Source: Holosporaceae bacterium (GTDB lineage: Bacteria; Pseudomonadota; Alphaproteobacteria; UBA3830). Taken from it: 64,000 bases of DNA. The stretch covers positions 727-64,726 of the forward strand of contig JAIRMQ010000029.1 in NCBI GenBank assembly GCA_031258575.1, given 5' to 3'. A model generated the notes under the pieces. The model did no database searches and was not told the DNA's origin. It was given only the letters and a program-made list of their open reading frames with translations. Positions 28,748-38,547 of this stretch are shown piece after piece; position 1 is the first letter of the stretch, and every line of letters begins with the position of its first letter. Made by a program: the position numbers and the translations under genes.

Positions 28748-30343
28748 ATGAAATGCTCTTTCGGGCTGAAATTTCAGCGAAAAATTACAGGAACAAGTAG
28801 GATTTTCTTTAATAATATTCTTGTTTTTTTCCTGATAATTTTTCCAGATATTTTATATCGAGCGAACTTGCATGTGAATGCAATGTCCTTTTTCTTCGTA
28901 ACAACTATGGCCTTCGCGATATGCCTTTGTTGTCAGAGGAAAATACTAAGGTTCATGCTCTCTTTTTTTTCAATTATTCAAATTATTCAATTTTGCCATA
29001 TTAAGTATTTTGGAATATTAATATCAACGTCTTCTTTGTATCTTTTAGAAAAAGAAATATTAGATGTTTCCTATGAAGTTATGGATCTTTTCATTTCTTA
29101 CTTTCCCATCCTTCTAACATGCGTTCTTTCTTTCGTGTTAATATACAAGATTTATCCTACATATCCCAAAGAAAACATTAAAAGTACATTGGGATCAATA
29201 TTACTGATCGCCAGCAGTATTCTTTATGTATCGATAATAGACGGACAGCTCGACTTCACTCCAAATCCCACAAGATTCGCTTTTGAAAATTCCATTAAAA
29301 CAGTTTGTGGATATATTTATTCAAAAGTGGGGAAAATACATAAATTTAATAACTATAAAGCGTACTCTGTTGAAAGAATAAAACCTATAAGCAATGATCC
29401 AGTAACAATAGTTTATATACTTGGGGAAAGTTCTAACAGCGAGCATATGTCCTTATTCGGATATGATGAAGACACTACACCAAATTTAAGGAAAATGTTT
29501 CAATCGGGTAACGTGTATTGCACGGTTGGAATTGCAGGAGCGGTATCGACGATTTCTTCCTGTAAATTCATGTGCAATGCCATTAGAGAGCCTGATAATA
29601 TAAGACAAACATCGTCTGATACAACGAATTTATTTAGATTGGCGAAGGAAAGTGGATTCAAAACTTTTTACATATCGGCTCAGCAAAATAATCTTTGTTC
29701 ATCAGTTGGGGGAACTCCTTACATCGATGTTTTAATCACAAGAATGCGATATCCAAAGGAATTTAGTTATCAGAGAGATACGTTTCTGCTGGACATTATA
29801 GATAAGCAGGAATTTACTGATAAAAATTTCGTAGTAATTCATCAACGCTGTATACATTCTCCATACAGAAAAACCGTTCCTAATAGTTTTTGCACGCCGT
29901 CTAGACAAATAAAGCACCGTGATACATTATTGTATAACAACGCTATGGTGTATAATGACTATGTTATATCAAGTCTTTTTGGTAAATTTAATAAGTCGAA
30001 AAATAAGTTCTATATATTCTGGACATCCGATCATAATGAATTAACAGGACAAAATGGATTGTACGGACATGGACACCTATTGCTGGCATGTGCGAGAATC
30101 CCAATAATTATTCAAAGTAACGATCAAGATTTTTTATGCGAGATTAGAAAAAAGCATTGCTTAACTCATTATGATATATGCAGTACAATAATAGGTCTGT
30201 TTGGAATGCGGATTATAAATCCCAACGAAGAAAAAGAAATCTACTACATAAACGGTATTGATTATGATGGAAAATGCGGATATATAAAGATTAAAATACC
30301 TCAAAATGGAGATGTTACTGTGCGTGAGACAATATCCAAATAA
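28748..30343 (+). CDS. Phosphoethanolamine-transferase-family membrane protein (EptA/LptA-like, sulfatase fold)
   Basis: N-terminal multi-TM domain plus a periplasmic sulfatase-type domain with IVYILGESSNSEHMSLFGYDEDTTPNL and WTSDHNELTGQNGLYGHGH. The nucleophile region (VGIAGAVSTISSCKF) diverges from the usual GT(S/A)T. Confidence 0.8.
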   Translation: MKCSFGLKFQRKITGTSRIFFNNILVFFLIIFPDILYRANLHVNAMSFFFVTTMAFAICLCCQRKILRFMLSFFSIIQIIQFCHIKYFGILISTSSLYLLEKEILDVSYEVMDLFISYFPILLTCVLSFVLIYKIYPTYPKENIKSTLGSILLIASSILYVSIIDGQLDFTPNPTRFAFENSIKTVCGYIYSKVGKIHKFNNYKAYSVERIKPISNDPVTIVYILGESSNSEHMSLFGYDEDTTPNLRKMFQSGNVYCTVGIAGAVSTISSCKFMCNAIREPDNIRQTSSDTTNLFRLAKESGFKTFYISAQQNNLCSSVGGTPYIDVLITRMRYPKEFSYQRDTFLLDIIDKQEFTDKNFVVIHQRCIHSPYRKTVPNSFCTPSRQIKHRDTLLYNNAMVYNDYVISSLFGKFNKSKNKFYIFWTSDHNELTGQNGLYGHGHLLLACARIPIIIQSNDQDFLCEIRKKHCLTHYDICSTIIGLFGMRIINPNEEKEIYYINGIDYDGKCGYIKIKIPQNGDVTVRETISK

Positions 30344-30653
30344 TAAAAAGATTAACGAGAGAAAAGAAAACAACTGCACTTCCTATATCTTTTGCTTTTT
30401 TAGAAAGAATATGTTTTTCGGTTCCTATGCGATCTATTACGCTCTCTATCGCCGAGTTAATCCCCTCACATATCAGCACAAAAATAAACGAAGAGAAGAT
30501 ATATATTCGCATTAGAGAGGAGCAAGGGAAAAGAAATTCGGCAACTAATATGATAAAGCCGAGTAATAGCTCTTGCTGAAAAGCTCGTTCCTTCAATAAG
30601 TACTTTATACCGCTCAACGAATATAGAAAGGCGTTTTTCAAACTATGAAACAT
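30315..30653 (-). CDS. dgkA: Diacylglycerol kinase (prokaryotic DgkA)
   Basis: 112 aa, 3 TM, with EGINSAIESVIDRIG and KKAKDIGSAVVF. Convergent with the EptA-like gene and overlaps it by 29 nt. Confidence 0.9.
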   Translation of the reverse strand: MFHSLKNAFLYSLSGIKYLLKERAFQQELLLGFIILVAEFLFPCSSLMRIYIFSSFIFVLICEGINSAIESVIDRIGTEKHILSKKAKDIGSAVVFFSLVNLFIIWILSHAQ

Positions 30654-30730
30654 GGTATTCCTATCAATGTGATGCTATCACCGTGCTTTTTTCGTATCAA
30701 CATCTATTAATTATATTCTATAATAGACGC

Positions 30731-31438
30731 ATGGATACTGAATGGATATATGGAAAACATGCAGTCAAGGCTGCACTAAAAAATCCTAAAAGAGTTATAT
30801 TAAGATTCGTTGTTTTAAAATCTGCTCGCGTTTTTTGGGAAGAAAAAAATCGTCCTGAAATTGTTGATAGGAATTTCTTTAAAGCAACTTTTAGAGAAGA
30901 CATAATTCATCAAGGATGCGCAATTTTAGTGAAAAAATTAAAGGAGCCATCTATTGAGGAATTGATAGCGGATAAATCCGATGAACGGCCTTTGGTACTT
31001 CTCGATCAAATAAAAGATCCTCAAAATATAGGCAGTATTTTAAGAGGAGCTGCTGTTTTCGGCGCTCGTGCTGTTATTACGACAAAAGATAACAGTCCAA
31101 GACTTACTTCGTCGATTATAAAAGCTGCGTCCGGAGCACTTGAAATTGTTCCGCTGATTTTCATAGTAAACCTAGTACAAACAATAAATAATTTAAAAAA
31201 ACATGGCTTTTGGTGTCTTGGATTGGATGAGACAGCTTCGAAGACTATTAATGAAATACCACTTGATGGTAAAATGATGATAGTAATTGGAAGCGAAGGA
31301 GATGGAATGAGAAGATTAACAAAAGAATCCTGTGATTTTATCGCAAGTCTTCCTTCTTATAGTCTGCAATTTTCCACTTTAAATGCTGCTCAAGCGGCAA
31401 CGATTTCTTTATATGAAATTTTTAAACAGAAGAGGTAA
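30731..31438 (+). CDS. rlmB: SpoU/TrmH-family rRNA 2'-O-methyltransferase (RlmB-like)
   Basis: IYGKHAVKAAL N-domain, LDQIKDPQNIGSILR, IVIGSEGDGMRRL, LNAAQAATISLYE. ATG 30731 is preferred over the upstream GTG used in the track. Confidence 0.85.
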   Translation: MDTEWIYGKHAVKAALKNPKRVILRFVVLKSARVFWEEKNRPEIVDRNFFKATFREDIIHQGCAILVKKLKEPSIEELIADKSDERPLVLLDQIKDPQNIGSILRGAAVFGARAVITTKDNSPRLTSSIIKAASGALEIVPLIFIVNLVQTINNLKKHGFWCLGLDETASKTINEIPLDGKMMIVIGSEGDGMRRLTKESCDFIASLPSYSLQFSTLNAAQAATISLYEIFKQKR

Positions 31439-31441
31439 TAA

Positions 31442-32017
31442 ATGATAGAAAACTTCTATCCAGTTTTTGCTTATTTATTAGGATCAACTCCTTTTGGATT
31501 GGTTCTTTCAAATTTGTTCGGAGACAAGAAGCTAAGGCAAAGCGGTTCTAAGAATATCGGATCTACCAACGTCTTTAGAACACAGGGAAAAGTCTTGGGA
31601 ATTTTAACATTCCTTTTAGATTTCCTAAAAGGTTTTGTCATTTGGTTTTGGATTAGAACAGATAACGAAATTATAAATTTATTAGTAATGGCAGCCCCAG
31701 TAATTGGGCATATTTTTCCAGTGTGGTTAAAATTCAAAGGCGGAAAAGGAATAGCGACGTACTTCGGCGTTTTATGCGCACTGAGTCCTATTGTTTTTTT
31801 CAGTATAGTTATTATTTGGGGAACAATGTTCTTTATTACCAAAATCTCTGCCGTTGCGGGATTAATCAGTGTTGCGACAAGTATTATAATATTTAATTAC
31901 ACGGGAACCGCTTTATGTTGGAACTTTATTAATCAATTGTATGTTTTAATAGCGTTAGTTGTTTTGATTATCGTTAGACACCGCGAAAATATAAAACAGC
32001 TAATGCAAAGATCGTAG
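31442..32017 (+). CDS. plsY: Glycerol-3-phosphate acyltransferase PlsY
   Basis: GSKNIGSTNVFR, FKGGKGIAT, and a polytopic membrane profile. Confidence 0.93.
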   Translation: MIENFYPVFAYLLGSTPFGLVLSNLFGDKKLRQSGSKNIGSTNVFRTQGKVLGILTFLLDFLKGFVIWFWIRTDNEIINLLVMAAPVIGHIFPVWLKFKGGKGIATYFGVLCALSPIVFFSIVIIWGTMFFITKISAVAGLISVATSIIIFNYTGTALCWNFINQLYVLIALVVLIIVRHRENIKQLMQRS

Positions 32018-32060
32018 GAATTAGTAGTGCAATTCGATCTTTGTTATAGGAGATGGAATT

Positions 32061-33146
32061 GTGTTATCGAAAGAAGAGAAATTAGCACGGTTAAAATTAG
32101 CTCGTACGGATTCTATAGGCGCATCTAAATTTTGGGAACTAATCGGTGCCTATGGAAACGGAGAAAATGTTTTAAAAAATCTTCCACGAATTTTGAAAAA
32201 CACAAGCATTTGTAGTAACGATAAAATTTCTCAAGAAATTTTTAATATGAAATCTATGGGTGCTCGCTTTGTTTTCTGGGAAGATGAGTTATATCCTCCA
32301 CTATTAAGAAATATTCCAGATCCTCCTCCGATCTTATCGTTTCTAGGAAATAAAGACAGAGTTCTTTCATTTTATAAGAAGAACCTAATTTCGGTAGTGG
32401 GTGCTAGAAATGCCTCCATACATGCTGATAAATTATGCCGTACTATCTGTCAAGATCTAAGCGCTAACGATGTTATAATCGTATCGGGATTAGCTCGAGG
32501 AATTGACAGCAGCGCGCATCTGGGAAGTTTGGAAAATGGGACTATAGGAATAAGCGCCTGTGGAATAAATATTGTGTATCCTCAGGAAAATAAAAAGCTT
32601 TATGAAAGAATCATAGGAAATAGCGGAATTTTCTCAGAAATGCCTTTTGACACTCCCCCGCAACCACAATTATTTCCTAGAAGAAATCGAATTATCGCAG
32701 GAATGTCTTACGGTACAGCTGTTATAGAAGCTGCTGAACAATCTGGTTCTTTGATAACAGCTAAAATGGCGCTTGATTATAATAGAGACGTTTTTGCCGT
32801 TCCCGGATTTCCTTTAGATCCTAGAAGTGTAGGCTGTAACAAATTGTTAAAAGAAGGAGCTATTCTTATACAAAATGCGCAGGACATTTTGGAGCACCTA
32901 GAAAATAAAAAAATTATTCCAATGCTAGAGAATAATGTTCCCGCTAGAATTTCCGAACAGGATTTAGAAAAAACTGGGGAAAAAATACTAAGTTCTTTAA
33001 ATTCTGCTCCGATTACTATTGACGAATTGATTTCATGCATTAAAGTATCTCCTCGAGAAGTGTTGACTGTGCTTTTAGAACTCGAACTGACAGGAAAGGT
33101 GATAAGATTACACGGCCAGAGAGTTTGCCTAGCGCTTAACGGTTAG
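32061..33146 (+). CDS. dprA: DNA-processing protein DprA
   Basis: SGLARGIDSSAH, SGSLITAKMALDYNRDVFAVPG, and a C-terminal winged-helix-like extension. Sits in the conserved plsY-dprA-topA order. Confidence 0.92.
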   Translation: MLSKEEKLARLKLARTDSIGASKFWELIGAYGNGENVLKNLPRILKNTSICSNDKISQEIFNMKSMGARFVFWEDELYPPLLRNIPDPPPILSFLGNKDRVLSFYKKNLISVVGARNASIHADKLCRTICQDLSANDVIIVSGLARGIDSSAHLGSLENGTIGISACGINIVYPQENKKLYERIIGNSGIFSEMPFDTPPQPQLFPRRNRIIAGMSYGTAVIEAAEQSGSLITAKMALDYNRDVFAVPGFPLDPRSVGCNKLLKEGAILIQNAQDILEHLENKKIIPMLENNVPARISEQDLEKTGEKILSSLNSAPITIDELISCIKVSPREVLTVLLELELTGKVIRLHGQRVCLALNG

Positions 33147-33181
33147 AACTTTGAATTTATTATAGTGGAGATTTTATATAA

Positions 33182-35482
33182 ATGCGGCTCGTAGTAGTTG
33201 AATCCCCCGCGAAAGCTAAAACAATAAACAAGTATCTTGGAAAAGAGTATAAGGTAGTTGCAAGCTACGGTCATGTTCGCAATCTACTTTCAAAAGATGG
33301 TAGTGTTCGGCCTGAAGATGGGTTTTCTATGATTTGGGACATCGATACGTCCGGGAAAAAACGATTAAATGAAATTGCGAGCCAACTAAAAGGTTGCGAC
33401 GAATTACTACTTGCAACCGATCCTGATCGCGAAGGAGAGGCTATTTCATGGCATATAAAAGAGTTGCTTCAAGAAGGAAAAAAGCTTAAAGTTCCTTTCA
33501 AACGTGTCGTTTTTCATGAAATAACTAGAAGTGCTATAGAAGAAGCTCTTGCTAATCCTAGAGGTATAAATGCCTCGCTGGTAGATGCATATCTTACGCG
33601 ATGTGCTCTGGATTATCTTATTGGATTTACTCTTTCCCCAATCCTCTGGAGAAAATTACCTGGAAGCAAGTCTGCCGGACGAGTTCAATCGGTCGCTTTA
33701 AGAATGATCTCTGATCGAGAAACAGAAATAGAGGCCTTTGAAAAAAAGGAATTTTGGTCCATTGAAGGAAAGTTTATTGCGAAAGATAAAAAGATATTTG
33801 GAGCTCGCCTCACGCATTACAAAGGAGAAAAATTAGAAAAATTTTCTATAAATAACTCGAAATATGCTAATTCTATAAAAGAAGCTCTTATTTCTCATGA
33901 ATTTTCCGCTACCTCTGTTGAAAAGAAAGTAGCAAAGCGCAATCCAGCGCCCGCTTTCATTACGTCTACTTTACAACAAGAAGCATCGCGAAAATTAGGA
34001 TTTGGTGCGAAAAAGACTATGCAATTAGCTCAAAACCTTTATGAAGGTATTGATATTAATGGAGAACGAGTCGCTCTTATTACTTACATGCGTACCGATA
34101 GTGTAAATTTATCGAAAGAAGCGATAGAACGAATCCGTGATTTAATTTTTAAAAAGTACGGAGATAATTTCGCACCGGAAAAAGCGCGCATTTATCATAC
34201 AAAAGTAAAAAATGCCCAGGAAGCTCACGAGGCTATCCGTCCAATTGATGCTTTTGTTACTCCAGATAGTTTAAAAGATAATGTCCCTGGAGATCTTTAT
34301 AAATTATATGATTTAATTTGGAAAAGAGCTGTCGCTTCCCAAATGTCATCGGCTGAATTTGAACAGGTGCAAGTAGATATTTCGGATAAGGAGAAAAATA
34401 TCTTCCGAGCTAACGGAAACACAATGAAATTCGAAGGATTCATAAAAGTTTACGTTGAAGGTAAGGACGATGAAGAGGAAGAAGACGGCGCATTACCGGT
34501 TATTACGGTTAGAGATCAACTTCCGACTGAGAGTTTAGAAGCCTTGCAGCATTTTACCACGCCTCCTCCACGTTTTTCAGAGGCAAGTCTTGTAAAGAAA
34601 ATGGAAGAGCTGGGAATTGGAAGGCCTTCCACATATGCAAATATTTTGCAAGTACTTAGAGATCGCGGATATGCAAAATTAGAGAAGAAATTCTTTACCC
34701 CAGAAATTCGGGGACGCTTGGTAACGTCTTTTCTCACAAGTTTCTTTAGCAAATACCTAGAATATGGATTTACCGCGAATTTGGAGCAATCTTTGGACGA
34801 TATTTCCAATGGAAATAAGACGAAACTAGAAATTCTAACAAATTTCTGGAAAGACTTCTGTCAGAACGTTGATACGACAAAAGGCATTAAAATTTCAGAT
34901 GTTATTAATAAATTAAATGAATCATTAGAGGCTTTTTTATTTCGTACGGAGAAGGGAGATATTTCACGCAGTTGTCCTGAGTGTAAAACTGGAGAATTGA
35001 GCCTTAAAATTGGAAAATTCGGCTCATTTGTTGGATGCTCAAAATATCCAGAATGTAAATACGTACGTAAACTAGATTCGTCTCCGATGACAAATGAGGA
35101 TAAAACGATTATGCAATCTTCAGAATATCCTAAATTTTTAGGAACAGATCCTGCTGACAATACTGAAATTAGTCTTCGGAAAGGTCCATATGGGCTGTAC
35201 ATACAAAAAGATTTTAAAAAATCACAGGAAAAGCCTCAACGTGCTGCTATTCCAAGTTTTTTGAATCCGGTGGAAGTCGATTTAAAAATGGCGCTTGCAC
35301 TTCTGCAATTTCCCAAAAATCTTGGTAATTTCGAGGGAGAAGAAGTTAAAATTGGTCTAGGAAAGTATGGTCCTTATGCGCTTCACAAAGGAAAATACGC
35401 ATCCCTTCCCCAAACTCCAGATATTTTCACAATGAATTTAGACGACGCTATCGCGGCTATATTGAAAAAACATAGCCGTTAA
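33182..35482 (+). CDS. topA: DNA topoisomerase I
   Basis: Toprim LVVVESPAKAKTI and DPDREGEAISWH, catalytic Tyr region ITYMRTDS, and a C-terminal Zn ribbon CPECKTG...CSKYPECKY. Confidence 0.97.
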   Translation: MRLVVVESPAKAKTINKYLGKEYKVVASYGHVRNLLSKDGSVRPEDGFSMIWDIDTSGKKRLNEIASQLKGCDELLLATDPDREGEAISWHIKELLQEGKKLKVPFKRVVFHEITRSAIEEALANPRGINASLVDAYLTRCALDYLIGFTLSPILWRKLPGSKSAGRVQSVALRMISDRETEIEAFEKKEFWSIEGKFIAKDKKIFGARLTHYKGEKLEKFSINNSKYANSIKEALISHEFSATSVEKKVAKRNPAPAFITSTLQQEASRKLGFGAKKTMQLAQNLYEGIDINGERVALITYMRTDSVNLSKEAIERIRDLIFKKYGDNFAPEKARIYHTKVKNAQEAHEAIRPIDAFVTPDSLKDNVPGDLYKLYDLIWKRAVASQMSSAEFEQVQVDISDKEKNIFRANGNTMKFEGFIKVYVEGKDDEEEEDGALPVITVRDQLPTESLEALQHFTTPPPRFSEASLVKKMEELGIGRPSTYANILQVLRDRGYAKLEKKFFTPEIRGRLVTSFLTSFFSKYLEYGFTANLEQSLDDISNGNKTKLEILTNFWKDFCQNVDTTKGIKISDVINKLNESLEAFLFRTEKGDISRSCPECKTGELSLKIGKFGSFVGCSKYPECKYVRKLDSSPMTNEDKTIMQSSEYPKFLGTDPADNTEISLRKGPYGLYIQKDFKKSQEKPQRAAIPSFLNPVEVDLKMALALLQFPKNLGNFEGEEVKIGLGKYGPYALHKGKYASLPQTPDIFTMNLDDAIAAILKKHSR

Positions 35483-36822
35483 CGTGCAGACATAGCATCT
35501 TCGAATACTTTTATATAATCGTTTATCATTGAATCGGTATCTGAAAATTTTTGCGCCTGCTGGTATCCACGTTTGATTAGCTCTTTTCTCAGAGCAGCAT
35601 CAGTAACAATTTGTTGCATGGCAGCAATGATTTCATTGGTATCCCTCGGGTTGAAAAATATAGCTGCATTTCCAGCCACTTCCGGAATACTTCCAGCATT
35701 ACTGCAAATAACTGGAATACCAGCAGCCATCGCTTCTATAATAGGCATTCCAAACCCTTCGTATAAAGATGGAAAAACAAGCGCGAATGAATTCGAAAGA
35801 AGAACTTTTAACTCATCGTTCGGAATTGAATTTGTGCAAATAATGTTATCAGAAGCATCACTCAATGATTTTAATTGTAGCAACGTGTTCTTTGACATTT
35901 CGCCAACAATGACTAATTTCATATTCGATTTAGAACGGGATAAAAATTCCAAAAATGATTTGATTAATCGTTTATGATTTTTTTGTGGCCAGCAGGCTGA
36001 AATATAAATGAAATAATTTTTACTATCTATTCCATATTTTTTCAGAATCGATCTGCGGAATTTATCGTTTACCTCGATATTATTTACTCTTTGAGACAGG
36101 CATGTGTATATTGTTTTTACTTGATCTTTTTTAGGATTATACCAGTACATAATACGCTCTTTAGAAAAATTTGTTATTGTAATAATTTTTTGAGAGTTTT
36201 CTAATATAAATTCCGAGCATTTTTTGATCCATTTTTTTGCCGCTGGAGTTTTGAAATTTTCTATATCCAAGTAAACGAGATCATGAATCAAAGATATTTT
36301 TGGAATGTTAAAATCATTTATCGCATATTCAGCGTATGGATCGAAGAATAAGTCGCACTTATCATCTATACAAATTGTATCGTAAAAACATAATTGCGTT
36401 ATTTTATCGCGGAAGAGTCCTAAAGTAACAAAATTGGCGATAGTTCTCAATGAGAGAAAAACATCATTATATCTTGCTTTTATACATAAGAATTTTATAT
36501 TTTTTTGTTTTTGTAAAGAAAGGAGGTTATCTCTTAATTCACTAGATCCTAGAACGATTATCCTCCAATTTGGACGTTTTTCCGCAATCAGTCTGGTAAT
36601 GTTCTCCATAAGCGTCTTTATTCCCCCATACGGAGATATACACGTTGCATCCACAACTACGTCTTTGGTGATGTGCGCATCTCTATTTTTAAGATATGAA
36701 ACCCGTCCGCTTGAGAAAAAATCAGAAAATTTGGCCTTTGACATTGAAATTAAAGTGAACAAAAAAACTCCTGAAAATATGAATATAATAAGAAAAGAAA
36801 ATGCAATCTTTTTCAGTTTCAT
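35479..36822 (-). CDS. GT-B glycosyltransferase (family 4/1-like) with N-terminal TM anchor
   Basis: FPSLYEGFGMPIIEAMAAGIPVICSNAGSIPEV (E-x7-E region). Its stop codon overlaps the topA stop on the other strand (GTTAAC). Confidence 0.85.
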   Translation of the reverse strand: MKLKKIAFSFLIIFIFSGVFLFTLISMSKAKFSDFFSSGRVSYLKNRDAHITKDVVVDATCISPYGGIKTLMENITRLIAEKRPNWRIIVLGSSELRDNLLSLQKQKNIKFLCIKARYNDVFLSLRTIANFVTLGLFRDKITQLCFYDTICIDDKCDLFFDPYAEYAINDFNIPKISLIHDLVYLDIENFKTPAAKKWIKKCSEFILENSQKIITITNFSKERIMYWYNPKKDQVKTIYTCLSQRVNNIEVNDKFRRSILKKYGIDSKNYFIYISACWPQKNHKRLIKSFLEFLSRSKSNMKLVIVGEMSKNTLLQLKSLSDASDNIICTNSIPNDELKVLLSNSFALVFPSLYEGFGMPIIEAMAAGIPVICSNAGSIPEVAGNAAIFFNPRDTNEIIAAMQQIVTDAALRKELIKRGYQQAQKFSDTDSMINDYIKVFEDAMSAR

Positions 36823-37070
36823 ACCTGTTTTCCCACAATCTGCTTTCTATCGGCCAGCTTATATCATCATGAAGTTAACAAAAGATTAATTATCTGACAC
36901 GTGCCCTATAATGTGCGGTAGACACTATAAATTGTCTATTGGAGGACTATCGTATATACGTCTCAAAAAAAAATAGAGTCAATTATTTTTGTATTTTTTT
37001 GTCCGTATTAAATCTTTATTAATATTTATAAGGCATAATGGCAAAAATATAACAAAAAGGAGCTAACAAT

Positions 37071-38291
37071 ATGTACGCGCTTTATGATGCCTCTTCATAT
37101 TTTTTAAGACCATCTAGAAAATTTGCTCAAATATTGAAGTCATATTTGAGATCTAATCCAAACGCAATGAATTCGTGTTTCGGGCGTGTTACTGAAGGCT
37201 TTGCCGACATGTACGAACGTACCACAAGATATGTGCAGAAGCCTGAGTTTAATATAGACGAAGTGAAAGTCAACGGAGAAGAAATTAAGGTTTATCAAAC
37301 TACTGTGATGAAAAAGCCTTTCGGAAATCTTGTTCGCTTTAAAAAAGAAATTAAAAAATATGAACCAAAAGTTCTAATAATAGCTCCAATTTCTGGGCAT
37401 TTCGCAACTTTATTGAGAGATACGGTCAGAAGAATGGTTGAAAAGCATGAGGTTTATATAACAGACTGGAAAAGTGTTAGAGAAGTCCCATTATCCGCTG
37501 GAAATTTTGGACTAGACGAATATCTTACGTATCTAATTGATTTCATGCATTATCTTGGAGAGAACGTACACGTTATGGCAGTATGCCAACCTGCAGTTCA
37601 AATAATGGCTCTTGCTGCGATTATGGATGAGGCTAATGATCCTTGTATGCCTACGACTATTATTCCCATGGGAGGTCCAATTGATCCAAGAGTGAAAAAA
37701 ACTCAGGTTAACGAATTGGCAGAGGGTCATTCGCTTTCTTGGTTTGAAAGAAATTTTCTGACATACGTTCCCAAAGGACACATAGGCGAAGGACGTCGCG
37801 TTTATCCTGGATTTATTCAATTAACAGCCTTTATAAGCATGAATCCAGATGCTCATTACAAAGCACATATTAAATATCTGGAAGACAAAACTCTTAACAA
37901 TAAACCGGGAATGGAAAAACATACGACTTTTTATGACGAGTATTTGTCCGTTTTGGACATGGATGATATTTATTATTTGGAAACTATGGAAAAAATATTT
38001 CAAACCTACGAACTACCAAGAAACGCTATGAAATACAAAGGTCATACTATAGATCTTGGTAGTATTAGGCGCTGTGCTTTGCTTACTCTAGAGGGAGAAA
38101 AGGACGATATTTCTGCTCCGGGTCAGACATTTGCAGCCCATGCTTTATGCAGAAATCTTCCAGAAAAGATGCACGATCATTATTTGCAGCCTGGAGTTGG
38201 ACACTACGGTGTTTTTTCCGGTAGTAAATGGAGAACGTACATCGCGCCTAAGGTAGAGGAATTTATTAAAAGATTTGATAAAGGAAAATAA
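37071..38291 (+). CDS. phaZ: Intracellular polyhydroxyalkanoate depolymerase
   Basis: Collinear with remembered alphaproteobacterial PhaZ sequences: KPEF..., APISGHFATLLRDTVRRM, VCQPAVQ, RRVYPGFIQLTAFISMNPD, FYDEYLSVLDMDDIYYLET, GHYGVFSGSKWR. Confidence 0.88.
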   Translation: MYALYDASSYFLRPSRKFAQILKSYLRSNPNAMNSCFGRVTEGFADMYERTTRYVQKPEFNIDEVKVNGEEIKVYQTTVMKKPFGNLVRFKKEIKKYEPKVLIIAPISGHFATLLRDTVRRMVEKHEVYITDWKSVREVPLSAGNFGLDEYLTYLIDFMHYLGENVHVMAVCQPAVQIMALAAIMDEANDPCMPTTIIPMGGPIDPRVKKTQVNELAEGHSLSWFERNFLTYVPKGHIGEGRRVYPGFIQLTAFISMNPDAHYKAHIKYLEDKTLNNKPGMEKHTTFYDEYLSVLDMDDIYYLETMEKIFQTYELPRNAMKYKGHTIDLGSIRRCALLTLEGEKDDISAPGQTFAAHALCRNLPEKMHDHYLQPGVGHYGVFSGSKWRTYIAPKVEEFIKRFDKGK

Positions 38292-38547
38292 ATTGGCGTT
38301 TTTATACAGATAAATCAACGACCATTGAGAGAAGGTATAATTTTGAAGTCAATGATCTAAACCAAATTTCTTAATCTAAAATTGCAAATTTTTGAAACTG
38401 GATTCTGTGTTTGTAAATGTTTCTTCTGGTTTTATCATCAAAAAAAACGCAAATATCAGAGTTTTTTTGATACCTCAATTTCTACAATATAGTTTTGCAT
38501 AATCGTCTCCCACAAATTATAATAAAAACAGTTTCGGCTATTATAAA

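Noticed and set aside
36894-36940. CACGTG palindrome, TATAAT box and TAGACA...TGTCTA inverted repeat upstream of phaZ as a possible operator or promoter
   Set aside because: The TGACA-like element is only 6 nt from the TATAAT box, so the spacing is wrong for a promoter. The inverted repeat has just 6-bp arms. The support is too weak for a call.
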